Assembly: GCA_963847185.1 (NCBI GenBank)
Contig: CAWJYV010000001.1
Coordinates: forward strand, 224,001-288,000
DNA length: 64,000 nucleotides
Origin: an uncultured Methanosarcinaceae archaeon
Lineage (GTDB): Archaea > Halobacteriota > Methanosarcinia > Methanosarcinales > Methanosarcinaceae
Reading direction: 5' to 3'
Under the pieces are notes generated by a model, which ran no database searches, was not told where the DNA came from, and worked only from the letters and a program-made list of their open reading frames with translations. Below are positions 63,534-64,000 of the stretch, piece after piece. The position numbers were made by a program, and so were the translations under genes. The first letter of the stretch is position 1. Each line of letters starts with the position of its first letter.

Positions 63534-64000
63534 TTATGTTCTTTCCTTCAGCTCATAATAAATATCCAGTAATTTGAGCGTGTTATCCGAGACCCGAACC
63601 TCCATGTTCTTGCCAGGTCTGAAAAATGCAAAATGGTGAATCTCGCTTCTCGGTTCTGGCTTCCCTTTTGCCTCAATTTTAAAAACCTTGGACGCATGAA
63701 ATTTGAAAAGATACTTTACATTGTATGCCAGAAGCCCTGTCTCTTCTCTTAGCTCCCGAATTGCGGCTTCAATGCTTGCTTCACCTTTTTTCGGTTTTCC
63801 ACCCGGAAGCCGGTAGTAAGATCCGGAACTGCTCACAAGCAGGACTCCTTCATCGGTTTCAACTATTACCGAGCCTCTTCGATTGTCGTACGCGCTGGAA
63901 ATACCTTTACCCCCTTGAGAAGATTGTGTTTTACGGTTTACTGCCTGTTGATCAGCAGTAGCCTGAAAATTAAAAAGCCAAATGGAAAATAATGTTACGT
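63534..64000 (-). CDS. NUDIX hydrolase (partial, start beyond the right edge)
   Basis: Nudix box GGKPKKGEASIEAAIRELREETGL; frame open from 63998. Confidence 0.85.
   Translation of the reverse strand, partial: VTLFSIWLFNFQATADQQAVNRKTQSSQGGKGISSAYDNRRGSVIVETDEGVLLVSSSGSYYRLPGGKPKKGEASIEAAIRELREETGLLAYNVKYLFKFHASKVFKIEAKGKPEPRSEIHHFAFFRPGKNMEVRVSDNTLKLLDIYYELKERT

Overview
Chromosomal window from a methanogenic archaeon, almost certainly Methanosarcina (mch, vor and ior operons, PKD/YVTN surface proteins, disaggregatase-like protein, AT-rich intergenic DNA). Left end (minus strand): an atypical CooS/CODH, a sulfonate-type ABC importer, a radical SAM protein and an ATPase/HypB-like GTPase/Fe-S trio, linked by a shared 16-bp palindrome. 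9-20.6 kb: an accessory region rich in MITE-like elements, with a free-standing ThrRS editing domain, a Cas8b-C-terminus-like remnant, a secreted truncated globin, a YnfA pair, catalase KatE, MerR and a YVTN surface protein. Then nicotianamine synthase-like, acyl-CoA ligase+vor, ior+paaK, MscS, U32 and mch genes. A disaggregatase-like gene follows a ~645-nt highly structured leader with a duplicated translation-start module. Right end: IS5 remnant, Isf pseudogene, radC, Mo-cofactor and tRNA-thiolation genes, and a ferritin-like gene split by an in-frame amber codon. No tRNA, rRNA or CRISPR array was seen. All calls come from reading motifs by eye; no database searches or folding programs were run.
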